Shown here in pieces: positions 33,220 through 40,904 of a stretch of 64,000 nt of DNA. The stretch's first letter is position 1. Each line of letters starts with the position of its first letter. Position numbers and translations under genes: made by a program. The DNA is from a virus, in IMG/VR virus record IMGVR_UViG_3300046500_000236, positions 1 to 64,000 of that record; one strand, 5' to 3'. The notes under the pieces were generated by a model. It searched no databases and was not told where the DNA came from. It was given only the letters and a program-made list of their open reading frames with translations.

Positions 33220-33608
33220 TACTCGGTGGCCTCCAGCTGCTTGGCGCGGTAGGCCTGAGCAGCCTCCTTGCTGGCCAGCTCGAAAAACGGGTACTCGTTG
33301 CCGTCCGGATCTGTCACCGTCAGGGTGTGGATCCGGAACAGGCCGCCCAGCGTCCAATTGCAGCCCTTGCCAGCGGCCTTGACCTCGGCAGTGGCCGAAC
33401 CCTTGCCAGTCCAGCGCCCCAAGCAGGAAAACCCGAACGATCCATTCAGATCGTCCATCGTCTCGCCCGCGCCGGCCTTGATGAGGTCGTGGCCGTTCTG
33501 CAGCGACAGGCAGGCAGGGCAGATCACCACGATATCTTCGCGCTGCTCGGCCTGAGCTTTGTATTCGGCCTGGAACTGCTCCAGGGTGATGGTGCGGCGC
33601 TCGATCAT
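33219..33608 (-). CDS. hypothetical protein (VVA0879-like by recall)
   Basis: 129 aa with 'VVICPACLSLQNGHDL'. Confidence 0.55.
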   Translation of the reverse strand: MIERRTITLEQFQAEYKAQAEQREDIVVICPACLSLQNGHDLIKAGAGETMDDLNGSFGFSCLGRWTGKGSATAEVKAAGKGCNWTLGGLFRIHTLTVTDPDGNEYPFFELASKEAAQAYRAKQLEATE

Positions 33609-34249
33609 GCTGCGCGCTCCTTTTCGTGGTCGACGATAATGGGAAGGTTCTGGGCAGCGTTGCGGCAGGCCAGCATCTGGTCATCGGTGTAGCCCCAGAT
33701 ATTGCCCTTGCCGAAAGTGCGTTCCAGTCCAATGAAGTGGAAGCCGATGCGGGTCCCCTTCATCACGTAGTCGCGCATCATCGTCACCAGATCGCGCAGC
33801 GTGCCGCCGTGGCTAAAGCCCGCCCACTCCCCGTTGTTGCGCAGCACTACCCGAACGCCAGATTTCGCGTCCATCAAGTAAACCGACTTGTCGTAAACGA
33901 GCCGCGCCACGCGATCGTGCGCCGGGCTGTACAGAAATCGCCGGCCGTGGCGAGCGATCACCTGAATAAGCTGATTGGCATACACACAGCGCACCTGACG
34001 GGCGAAGGCGTGGGTGCCGTGCTCGAGCATCCGGGACTCAGTGAACTTGTGCGCCAGCTGCTCGCACAGATTTCGCGTGTTGATCTGGCGCATTTGTTCG
34101 CCCGCAGCACCCGTCAGAATGGACGCTTTGAGCCCAGTGCGCAGGTGCTCCAGGGTCAAGAGCTCACCGCCATCGGTGATTGTTGTCGTCAAGGCAAAGC
34201 GTTCGGTGTCGCGCATGGCGCTGACCCAGTCGATTCCATCAATTGTCAT
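33605..34249 (-). CDS. hypothetical protein
   Basis: Start 'MTIDGIDWVSAMRD' at 34249. Confidence 0.6.
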   Translation of the reverse strand: MTIDGIDWVSAMRDTERFALTTTITDGGELLTLEHLRTGLKASILTGAAGEQMRQINTRNLCEQLAHKFTESRMLEHGTHAFARQVRCVYANQLIQVIARHGRRFLYSPAHDRVARLVYDKSVYLMDAKSGVRVVLRNNGEWAGFSHGGTLRDLVTMMRDYVMKGTRIGFHFIGLERTFGKGNIWGYTDDQMLACRNAAQNLPIIVDHEKERAA

Positions 34250-34541
34250 AACGCGTAGCCTCAAACATCCGTTTGTGTTTCGAGTAGTCCTGTACTGCAT
34301 CCCAAACCCGCAGAGCGGCATTGGCACACGCCAGGCGGTAGCCGGGAGCGCCCTTCACTTCGCCGCTGCTACCTATCGTCATCACGCCAGTAGCAGCGTG
34401 GTGAGCGATCGCAACGAAACAGCGGGCATCCTCCCCGGCCAGAAAGCTGGCCGTATAACTCACTGTGAACAGCATCGTGCCGATCGGCGTCTCGATGGCC
34501 GCGGTTCCCACCGCGATATCGCCATCAAGCTTGTGCATCAA
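34239..34541 (-). CDS. hypothetical protein
   Basis: 100-aa ORF. Confidence 0.55.
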   Translation of the reverse strand: MMHKLDGDIAVGTAAIETPIGTMLFTVSYTASFLAGEDARCFVAIAHHAATGVMTIGSSGEVKGAPGYRLACANAALRVWDAVQDYSKHKRMFEATRYDN

Positions 34542-34894
34542 TCCAGCTCCGGCCGCACAGGGCGCCCTGCGTACGCTTCCAGCCGCTTGGCGACTAACAG
34601 CGCGATTTCGGTCAATCCGGATCGCAGGTTTGGACTGGCTCGCCCAATTACGCTGCTCCCCTCAAGCGACTCCACCAGCAATTCAACATTGCGAGGAGTC
34701 GGTTCGATGGCTTTACCCGCCTTCAACGTTTCGGTCAGTTCCTGCGCGGTATCCGCCCAGGCCTCAGCCTCAAAGCCTTGCGGCGGGTTCAGTTCGAAGG
34801 TGTCCGCTAGAAGCTCGGCGTTTCCCAGAAAGCGCATGCGCTCTGCGAGGAACCTGGCACCCATCGAACTGAATACGATCGGTAGTTTGTTCAT
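34538..34894 (-). CDS. hypothetical protein
   Basis: ATG at 34894 with AGAGG RBS. The longer ORF-track form would run through the palindrome. Confidence 0.55.
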   Translation of the reverse strand: MNKLPIVFSSMGARFLAERMRFLGNAELLADTFELNPPQGFEAEAWADTAQELTETLKAGKAIEPTPRNVELLVESLEGSSVIGRASPNLRSGLTEIALLVAKRLEAYAGRPVRPELD

Positions 34895-34932
34895 GTGCAA
34901 CCTCTGGCTGAAATGCCAGGGCATTTTTGCAC

Positions 34933-34984
34933 AAACGCGCGTTCGCGCCAACGTGTTTACGCGCTTTGGCGCGTAGGCGCGTTT
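34933..34984. repeat. GC-rich imperfect palindrome (class B element)
   Basis: AAACGCGCGTTCGCGCCAA-14 nt-TTGGCGCGTAGGCGCGTTT: 19-bp arms with 2 mismatches. Confidence 0.7.
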
Positions 34985-35189
34985 AACCCTTGTTAACCTC
35001 CGAATTTCCCCGCCCTGCGCGGTGAGAGCCAATCAGAGAGGGTCGCTTGTCCTCCAGCGGCCAGGTGATCACTCGCCGACAGTCCGGGTACTGCTTGCGC
35101 TGCAGCGATCGCAACAGCACCAGGTCGGTGTTCCCGCAACCGCGGCAGACTTTGGTACTGCTTTTCGACGTTGCCAGGTCGGTCAGCAC
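34983..35189 (-). CDS. small hypothetical protein (68 aa)
   Basis: GTG at 35189 overlaps the ref stop (GTGCTGA). High GC3. Contains 'KVCRGCGN'. Confidence 0.45.
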   Translation of the reverse strand: MLTDLATSKSSTKVCRGCGNTDLVLLRSLQRKQYPDCRRVITWPLEDKRPSLIGSHRAGRGNSEVNKG

Positions 35190-35590
35190 GCTTGAGCCTC
35201 CAAGGTTTGAAGGTATTGCGCCCACTTGGCCAGCAGCGCATGCACGCCATCCGGTACCGGCCGTTCGGCTCGCAGGACCAGCAACACGCAGGCCTCCACC
35301 AGCTCAATTTCGCGGCCATAGGTTTGGGTAAACAGAGCCTTGTTGCCGTGGACCGCCAGCAACGACTTGTCGACGCCGGTACCGGGCTGGTGATGACCGG
35401 CGCACAGGGGCAACACGTAGTAATGGGCGTGGGCCTTGGTCCGACCGTCACAGTGGTGAATCGAGACGTGAGCAGGCAGCGAGTAATCGCGCGGACGGCC
35501 ATCGAGCAAGCAGCAGATGCAGCCGCAGATATCGGACACGTCGTGCCACCACTGCTCCTCTGCCTGCGTTTTGTGACGCCCGCCGATCAC
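35183..35590 (-). CDS. ref: Ref-like HNH nuclease (P1 recombination enhancement function family)
   Basis: 'CGCICC...SIHHCDGRTKAHAHYYVLPLCAGHHQ...AVHGNKALFTQTYGREIEL' follows the P1 Ref pattern C-x2-C...HH...PLC..HH. Confidence 0.65.
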   Translation of the reverse strand: MIGGRHKTQAEEQWWHDVSDICGCICCLLDGRPRDYSLPAHVSIHHCDGRTKAHAHYYVLPLCAGHHQPGTGVDKSLLAVHGNKALFTQTYGREIELVEACVLLVLRAERPVPDGVHALLAKWAQYLQTLEAQAC

Positions 35591-36570
35591 TGGGCAGCCC
35601 CAGCGCGACGACCTGGGCGCAATGCACGCAGTGCGTTCATGCCTGCCAACGCCTGATCAGACACCGGTTTCGCAGCTACAGGCGCCACGGTGTTCTCGTA
35701 GGTCTCGATCGCACGGGTATCGGCAACCTGTTTAGCCCGCTCTCTGCTTTGGGCGAACAACACAGCCTCTGTGGCGTAGCTTTCGCAGTCCTTGAGCAGC
35801 CAGGACACTGGGTGCCGCTTGGCCTTCACGACAGGTGAGTTCACACGCTCGACAAAGAACTTGGCGGTCTCGGGTGCTTTGGCGCCCACACGCTCGTTGA
35901 GCTTGGTGATCAACCCTGCAACGGTGCGGTTGAAGATTGGCCACGCTTTGTGTCGCTCGTGATAGGCGACGGCATAAGCCTGCCAGGTGGCGTGGATCGG
36001 ACTGGATGCCAGGCGCGGGTAGTTCTCGGGCTGGCCAGCCACTTGAGCAGGCTGCTCGACTTCGTTCGTAGGATTCTTAGGTGCTTTTTCAAGATTAATT
36101 GCACTTTCAGTGCTATCTAATGTTTCCGGCTTTTCCGGAAACGGCGGTTCCCGATACGGCGCTACCGTTTCCGGCAATTCCGGAAACGGTAGTTCGAGCT
36201 CTGGATTGCGACGGGCTGCTTTGGCCTGGACGCTGGCGACGTAGGCCGCTGCTTGCTCCAGATCCGGGGTGTCAGACACCTCATACTCGACGCCCTTGAA
36301 GCCCCCACCCTCGCGCACAAACTCCTGATAGACGTAGCCGGCCGCGCGCAGCTCATTGAGCAGCTTGTACACCTTGTCACGGCCCGAACGGCCGCCGATC
36401 GCGCCCATGGTTTGATTCAGCAGATCCTTGATCTGGATGAACCAGTTATCTGGCTTGCTCAGCAGGTACACCAGGAGACCACGCGCAGCCCAAGACAAGC
36501 GGCGATCCTCGATCACTGATGACGGGCAGACGTAGAAATTGCTTTTCCTTGCAGCGCGAACGATGCTCAT
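35587..36570 (-). CDS. replication initiator-like winged-helix protein
   Basis: ATG at 36570 with AGGAGG RBS. 'FYVCPSSVIEDRRLSWAARGLLVYLLSKPDNWFIQIKDL...KVYKLLNELRAAGYV' is typical of phage/plasmid Rep (O/DnaD-like) N-termini. Confidence 0.6.
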   Translation of the reverse strand: MSIVRAARKSNFYVCPSSVIEDRRLSWAARGLLVYLLSKPDNWFIQIKDLLNQTMGAIGGRSGRDKVYKLLNELRAAGYVYQEFVREGGGFKGVEYEVSDTPDLEQAAAYVASVQAKAARRNPELELPFPELPETVAPYREPPFPEKPETLDSTESAINLEKAPKNPTNEVEQPAQVAGQPENYPRLASSPIHATWQAYAVAYHERHKAWPIFNRTVAGLITKLNERVGAKAPETAKFFVERVNSPVVKAKRHPVSWLLKDCESYATEAVLFAQSRERAKQVADTRAIETYENTVAPVAAKPVSDQALAGMNALRALRPGRRAGAAQ

Positions 36571-36681
36571 CGAGCACCTCCTTGAAAGATGGGTGCTGAG
36601 AGCAGATGGCTTTGAAAATGGAGTGCGCACGGGTCAGCGCAGCAAGGCTGCTGACTTATTCGACGTGCGGGGATGACGCGA

Positions 36682-36705
36682 ACGCGCGTACGTGTTAACG
36701 CGCGT
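36682..36705. repeat. two copies of palindromic octamer ACGCGCGT (class B element)
   Basis: ACGCGCGTacgtgttaACGCGCGT, about 115 bp upstream of the rep start. Confidence 0.6.
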
Positions 36706-36880
36706 TTGGTGTGGTATAGTCGGGCTATGAACACGCAAGACCCCCGCTCATCAGGATTCTGATTCGGGCGTAGCTAGGGAAGCTGTAGGGTCGATGGAAT
36801 ATGGCACTGCCATACTTGTGTTCACGTTGGATCAGCCCTTTCGGGTCTACCCAGCGGGAAAGTCGTTTCATATGTTGTAG

Positions 36881-36926
36881 AAAAAGAACCCAGAAACACT
36901 GTCGAGGTGGGGGGTTCTTTTTTTTT
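36881..36926. terminator. bidirectional intrinsic terminator in the rep leader region
   Basis: AGAACCC/GGGTTCT stem with a 20-nt loop. T8 follows on the plus strand and A5 precedes it, which gives a U-tract on the minus strand. Confidence 0.6.
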
Positions 36927-37024
36927 GCCTCCTGTTTGGTGGATCGCGCAGATACTGCGCACAAGTGTGATCCAATTGAGGCGTGCTGTATATCACAGGG
37001 CCATGAGCCCCGTCTAAGAAATTC

Positions 37025-37036
37025 TATCCGCGTACA
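37025..37036 (-). promoter_or_regulatory. 12-bp motif A copy (left arm of a 19-bp inverted repeat)
   Basis: GAAATTCTATCCGCGTACA at 37018-37036 is the exact reverse complement of 37617-37635. Confidence 0.6.
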
Positions 37037-37045
37037 GAGCGCATT

Positions 37046-37516
37046 CTAGCCTCTCGGCAAGCGCACCAGATGGCCTACAGCCCGCATATACAGGGACTTT
37101 GAGAGCCCCCGCTCGCCTGACGCCGCCCCCGAAATAATCTCCAAATAGTTCGAATGTGTGAATCTACTTGAGAATTTGTGAGTGCGCAGTTTCCTCGCTA
37201 AGCGCTTTCCGCGCGCTTTCGAACGCAGCAATTCAGACTCTGGATATTCCTGCTCCAGCCAGCCAAAGGGCAGCCCAAGCACCTGCTCCAAACGACGGCT
37301 TAGCTTCTCTGGCAGCCCTCGACGAGACGTGATGGCCACGCTGATCTGGTTCGCGAACTTGTTCTGATTGGCTTTTGAATGCGCCGCAAGAGCCTTCATC
37401 CGCACGCCGTCAAAATGCAGATCAACGTACAGCTCCAGGCGTCGGCAGCGCGCGGCCTGAGCGGCCTCCACGGCCTCCTCGACCGTTTTGCAGTCTTTAA
37501 AAACCTCAATATTCAT
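37046..37516 (-). CDS. HTH regulator candidate, divergent from ssb
   Basis: 156 aa. 'KFANQISVAITSRRGLPEKLSRRLEQVLGLPFGWL' is Cro/C1-like. GC is lower than in the flanks, and motif A copies bracket the gene. Confidence 0.6.
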   Translation of the reverse strand: MNIEVFKDCKTVEEAVEAAQAARCRRLELYVDLHFDGVRMKALAAHSKANQNKFANQISVAITSRRGLPEKLSRRLEQVLGLPFGWLEQEYPESELLRSKARGKRLARKLRTHKFSSRFTHSNYLEIISGAASGERGLSKSLYMRAVGHLVRLPRG

Positions 37517-37616
37517 GCGCGCCTTATCAGTGTTTTCGATGTATTTGGCGAGTTTATCTAGAAATTATACATTTCGCTATTGAACCCCTCGGAAAGGTAT
37601 TTATAGTGCTGTCCGA

Positions 37617-37628
37617 TGTACGCGGATA
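37617..37628 (+). promoter_or_regulatory. 12-bp motif A copy
   Basis: TGTACGCGGATA. First of a tandem pair upstream of ssb. Confidence 0.6.
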
Positions 37629-37638
37629 GAATTTCATC

Positions 37639-37650
37639 TGTACGCGGATA
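37639..37650 (+). promoter_or_regulatory. 12-bp motif A copy
   Basis: Second copy, 22 bp further on and 20 bp before the ssb ATG. Confidence 0.6.
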
Positions 37651-37669
37651 CCATTAGAGAGGGGTCGAA

Positions 37670-38203
37670 ATGGCTCGTGGTGTGAACAAAGTGATCCTGG
37701 TGGGCACCTGTGGCCAGGACCCGGAAGTGCGGTATTTGCCCAATGGCAATGCTGTTTGCAGTCTCAGCCTGGCCACGAGTGAGCAGTGGACGGACAAACA
37801 AACCGGGCAGAAGGTCGAGAAAACCGAGTGGCACCGCGTGGTTATGTTCGGCAAAGTGGCGGAAATCGGCGGTGAGTACCTTCGCAAAGGCTCGCAAGTC
37901 TACATCGAGGGCAAGCTGCAAACCCGGGATTGGGAAAAGGACGGTGTGAAGCGCTACACCACCGAAATCATCGTGGACATGCAGGGCACCCTGCAGCTGC
38001 TCGGCGGCCGGCCTCAAGGGGACCAGAGCCAGCAGCAACAACGCCCACAATCGCAGCCTCAGCAGCAGCGCCCCCAGGCGCCTCGTCAGGATCAGCCGCA
38101 AGGGCAGCGCGGTACCGGATCACAGAACGGTGTGCCACCTGACTTTGAATCCTTTGACGACGACATACCGTTTGCCCCCCTCCCCTATCTGGCCGGGGCG
38201 TAA
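37670..38203 (+). CDS. ssb: single-stranded DNA-binding protein
   Basis: OB-fold N-terminus '[29 protein letters not shown]...TEWHRVV', a Gln/Pro-rich linker and 'DDDIPF' followed by 9 extra residues. Confidence 0.9.
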   Translation: MARGVNKVILVGTCGQDPEVRYLPNGNAVCSLSLATSEQWTDKQTGQKVEKTEWHRVVMFGKVAEIGGEYLRKGSQVYIEGKLQTRDWEKDGVKRYTTEIIVDMQGTLQLLGGRPQGDQSQQQQRPQSQPQQQRPQAPRQDQPQGQRGTGSQNGVPPDFESFDDDIPFAPLPYLAGA

Positions 38204-38206
38204 ACC

Positions 38207-38389
38207 ATGCCGCACCCGATCACCTACCTGGGCAAGCCCCTGAAAACCGTTAGTGCCAGAGAGGCCGATCGCAAGTGGCTCGCCGAAGCCATGGCCGCAT
38301 TTGGCCACGTCGACCCGGCGCCAGAGTTCCAGCTCAAACCCACGCCCGCGCAAGAGCGCGTCACCCGCTACCAGCTGCATTCGAGATAA
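38207..38389 (+). CDS. hypothetical protein
   Basis: 60-aa ORF between ssb and rdgC. Confidence 0.5.
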   Translation: MPHPITYLGKPLKTVSAREADRKWLAEAMAAFGHVDPAPEFQLKPTPAQERVTRYQLHSR

Positions 38390-38392
38390 GCC

Positions 38393-39313
38393 ATGTTCTT
38401 CAAAAATCTGATCGTGTACCGCCTGACGCAAGTTCTGCCCTTCGACGTTGAAGCCCTGCAGGCGGCGCTGGCCACTAAACCCACCCGCGAGCCCGCCACT
38501 CAGGAATTCAACACCTACGGATTCGTTGCACCGTTCGGCAAAGGCGAGGATGCGCCGCTAGTTCATGCTAGCTCGGGCTATCTTCTAGTAGCCGCCAAGA
38601 AAATCGAGCGCGTGCTACCAGGCAGCGCGGTCAACGATGAAGTGAAGAAGCGCGTCGAGGCGATCGAGGCCGAGCAACTGCGCAAGGTGTACAAAAAGGA
38701 GCGCGATCAGATCAAGGATGAAGTCATTCAGACCTTCCTGCCGCGCACCTTCCTTCGCCACAAAACCACCTATGCGGCGATCGACGTAGAGCGCCAGCTG
38801 GTGCTGGTTAACAGCGCCAGCGACAAGGCGGCCGAGGATCTACTGTCGACGTTGCGTGAGGTACTGGGCTCCCTTCCCGTACGCCCGATCACTGTGAAAG
38901 TGGCGCCGGCAGCGAGCATGACCGACTGGCTCAAGACTGAGGAAGCTCCGGAAAACTTCTTTGTGCTCGACTCCTGCCTGCTCCGGGATACCCACGAGGA
39001 CGGCGGCAAGGTGCGCTGTGATCGTCAGGACCTGACCAGCGATGAGGTCAAGCTGCACCTGGCCACGGGCAAGTTCTGCACCACCCTGTCACTCGCCTAT
39101 AAAGCCGCGCTCTCGTTTGTACTGGGCGATGACCTGAGCATCACCCGATTGAAGTTTGAGGATCTGCTAGTGGACCAGGCCGCGCAGGATGGCGGTGAGG
39201 ATGCGCTGGGTCAGCTGGATGCGAGTTTCGTGCTGATGATGCTGACCTTCCGGGAGTTCTTGCCGGATCTGTTCGAGGCGTTGGGCGGTGAGGAAGTGCC
39301 GCAGGCGATCTGA
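38393..39313 (+). CDS. rdgC: recombination-associated protein RdgC
   Basis: 306 aa. '[11 protein letters not shown]', '[21 protein letters not shown]' and '[16 protein letters not shown]' are colinear with E. coli RdgC. Confidence 0.85.
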   Translation: MFFKNLIVYRLTQVLPFDVEALQAALATKPTREPATQEFNTYGFVAPFGKGEDAPLVHASSGYLLVAAKKIERVLPGSAVNDEVKKRVEAIEAEQLRKVYKKERDQIKDEVIQTFLPRTFLRHKTTYAAIDVERQLVLVNSASDKAAEDLLSTLREVLGSLPVRPITVKVAPAASMTDWLKTEEAPENFFVLDSCLLRDTHEDGGKVRCDRQDLTSDEVKLHLATGKFCTTLSLAYKAALSFVLGDDLSITRLKFEDLLVDQAAQDGGEDALGQLDASFVLMMLTFREFLPDLFEALGGEEVPQAI

Positions 39314-39335
39314 GGCAAACGACAGACGAAAAAAA

Positions 39336-39365
39336 ACCGCGTTTCCGTGAGGTAGCGCGGTTTTT
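39336..39365 (+). terminator. intrinsic terminator after rdgC
   Basis: ACCGCG/CGCGGT stem followed by T5. Confidence 0.65.
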
Positions 39366-39434
39366 CTCCACAGTTTCAGCCAGAAACTTGTGCCTCGCAT
39401 TATATGCCTATGCCCCTGATTATCAAGGAATCCC

Positions 39435-39734
39435 ATGAAAGTCATCTTTGACGGCGCCCATATCCGCTATGAGGGTGACCGCGGCCGGCCACTGGGCCAG
39501 GTCAAACAGGGTCTGCCCAAGAAAAAGCGCGTGGCCTGGACAGCCGTGGTGCAGCTAAAGGACGGCGCTGGCAATGCCACCGAGGCGAATTGGTCCACGC
39601 CCAAGGGGCAGCGTATGAACTACTTGGAAGCCAAGGCGGCCATGTTCGCCATCATCAAGGAGCTCGAAACCCAGTTTATCGCCGAGTACAACCTGGGGCC
39701 AGATTCGGCGCACTTCACCCTGGTGAGCAGCTGA
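39435..39734 (+). CDS. hypothetical protein
   Basis: 99-aa ORF. Confidence 0.6.
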   Translation: MKVIFDGAHIRYEGDRGRPLGQVKQGLPKKKRVAWTAVVQLKDGAGNATEANWSTPKGQRMNYLEAKAAMFAIIKELETQFIAEYNLGPDSAHFTLVSS

Positions 39735-40225
39735 TGTACGCGCCCGCAGATACCCGCAATCTAGATTTCCGCCTGCAAAAGATGGTGTTCACGCCCGCGA
39801 TCGGGGCCCGTGTGCAAATCGGCGCCGTGCGCCTGCTGGTGTTGCCCTGCCACCCGCAACCCCTCATTGATCAGGAGGTACTGAGCGCGGCCGGGATTGC
39901 CCCCGATGACAATCTCGCACTGATCAGCGCCGTTCAGCGCGCATTCAGGCAGGGGCTGATAGCTTCCGAGACCGCCCCTATCCGCGTCGGTAATGCATTT
40001 GAACTGCTCCAGGCATTACCCGCAGAGAAGTATTCCCGCCTTGGCACCGGCATCGTTCGGCGCATTGGCATTACCCGCTTCAATCAGGTCACCGAGCGCC
40101 AGCTCACGGCCAGCGGGCACCTTAGTGTAAGAGATTTCGCCGACTACTGGTCCAGCACCATGCCAGACCTTCCAGCGATCACGAATCCGTGGTGCTGGCT
40201 CATCCAGTTCGAATACAGGGGCTAG
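39734..40225 (+). CDS. hypothetical protein, possible ASCH/PUA-like
   Basis: ATG at 39734 overlaps the upstream stop (TGATG). Ends 'NPWCWLIQFEY', like the 32539-33219 protein. Confidence 0.55.
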   Translation: MYAPADTRNLDFRLQKMVFTPAIGARVQIGAVRLLVLPCHPQPLIDQEVLSAAGIAPDDNLALISAVQRAFRQGLIASETAPIRVGNAFELLQALPAEKYSRLGTGIVRRIGITRFNQVTERQLTASGHLSVRDFADYWSSTMPDLPAITNPWCWLIQFEYRG

Positions 40226-40229
40226 TTAT

Positions 40230-40583
40230 ATGATCACTCCACCACTCTTAGTTATCAGCGGTGCACTTGTTTACATATATCGCCACTACCATCAATCGCA
40301 TCACCCGTCGAAACTCCACAAGTTGTACGGTCGCGTGCGAGTGGTGTTGGGGTTTTCGATTGTAGCGCTGCTGACAACAATCGCTTACCAAATGCCTACG
40401 GAATTCGGCCGCTACTTTAAGCGTGTCGCAGTGGCTCAAAACGCTCTAGCCCGCGATAGACAGAGCGAAAGGAGCGCGTCAGAAATCAGACACACCCGGC
40501 AGATGATTGACGCTTTTGGGGGGGTAGACAACTATTTGGCGTATCTAAAGCGTGACGAATCATCAAATAGTGAAAAAAACTAG
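40230..40583 (+). CDS. small membrane protein in a low-GC island
   Basis: 117 aa with two hydrophobic helices. Visibly AT-richer than the flanks. Confidence 0.6.
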   Translation: MITPPLLVISGALVYIYRHYHQSHHPSKLHKLYGRVRVVLGFSIVALLTTIAYQMPTEFGRYFKRVAVAQNALARDRQSERSASEIRHTRQMIDAFGGVDNYLAYLKRDESSNSEKN

Positions 40584-40731
40584 ACCACTCGTCGGTAAAA
40601 GTACTTTCCTGTGGAACCTTCTCGTGACACCCTCTACAAACGAACATGCATAGGTTGGGGTCAATTTGTGGGACCGGTTCCAGGGTCTGACCCATGAGCC
40701 CTTGTGTGGTGGGCTCTACAGCAAATTGAAT

Positions 40732-40750
40732 CGCGGATATAATATCCGCG
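40732..40750. promoter_or_regulatory. palindromic variant of motif A (CGCGGATAT-A-ATATCCGCG)
   Basis: Perfect 9-bp arms around one central base, 155 bp upstream of int. Confidence 0.55.
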
Positions 40751-40904
40751 TAATAATCGGCGCGATCTGCGCCACCGTTCAGGGATTTCACCCTGATAAT
40801 TTAAACTTAAACGTCTTTTGTAACTCGAACTCCTGGAACCGACACATGCTACGGACCGCCCACCCAAATAAAGCAGCACACCAACGCATACAGGCAGACC
40901 TCCC

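Noticed and set aside
36725-37049. ORF-track entries 36725-36964 (-) and 36801-37049 (+) in the rep leader.
   Set aside because: Both run across the 36881-36926 terminator hairpin and have poor codon bias and odd composition. I treat the region as regulatory or possibly ncRNA.
40584-40904. Search for a tRNA gene fragment, attP core or excisionase next to the integrase. This includes the minus-strand ORF 40486-40791.
   Set aside because: I saw no T-arm-like GGTTCGAxTCC segment or acceptor-stem-like sequence. The 101-aa ORF overlaps the 40230-40583 gene and has no Xis-like HTH. attP cannot be placed from this window alone.
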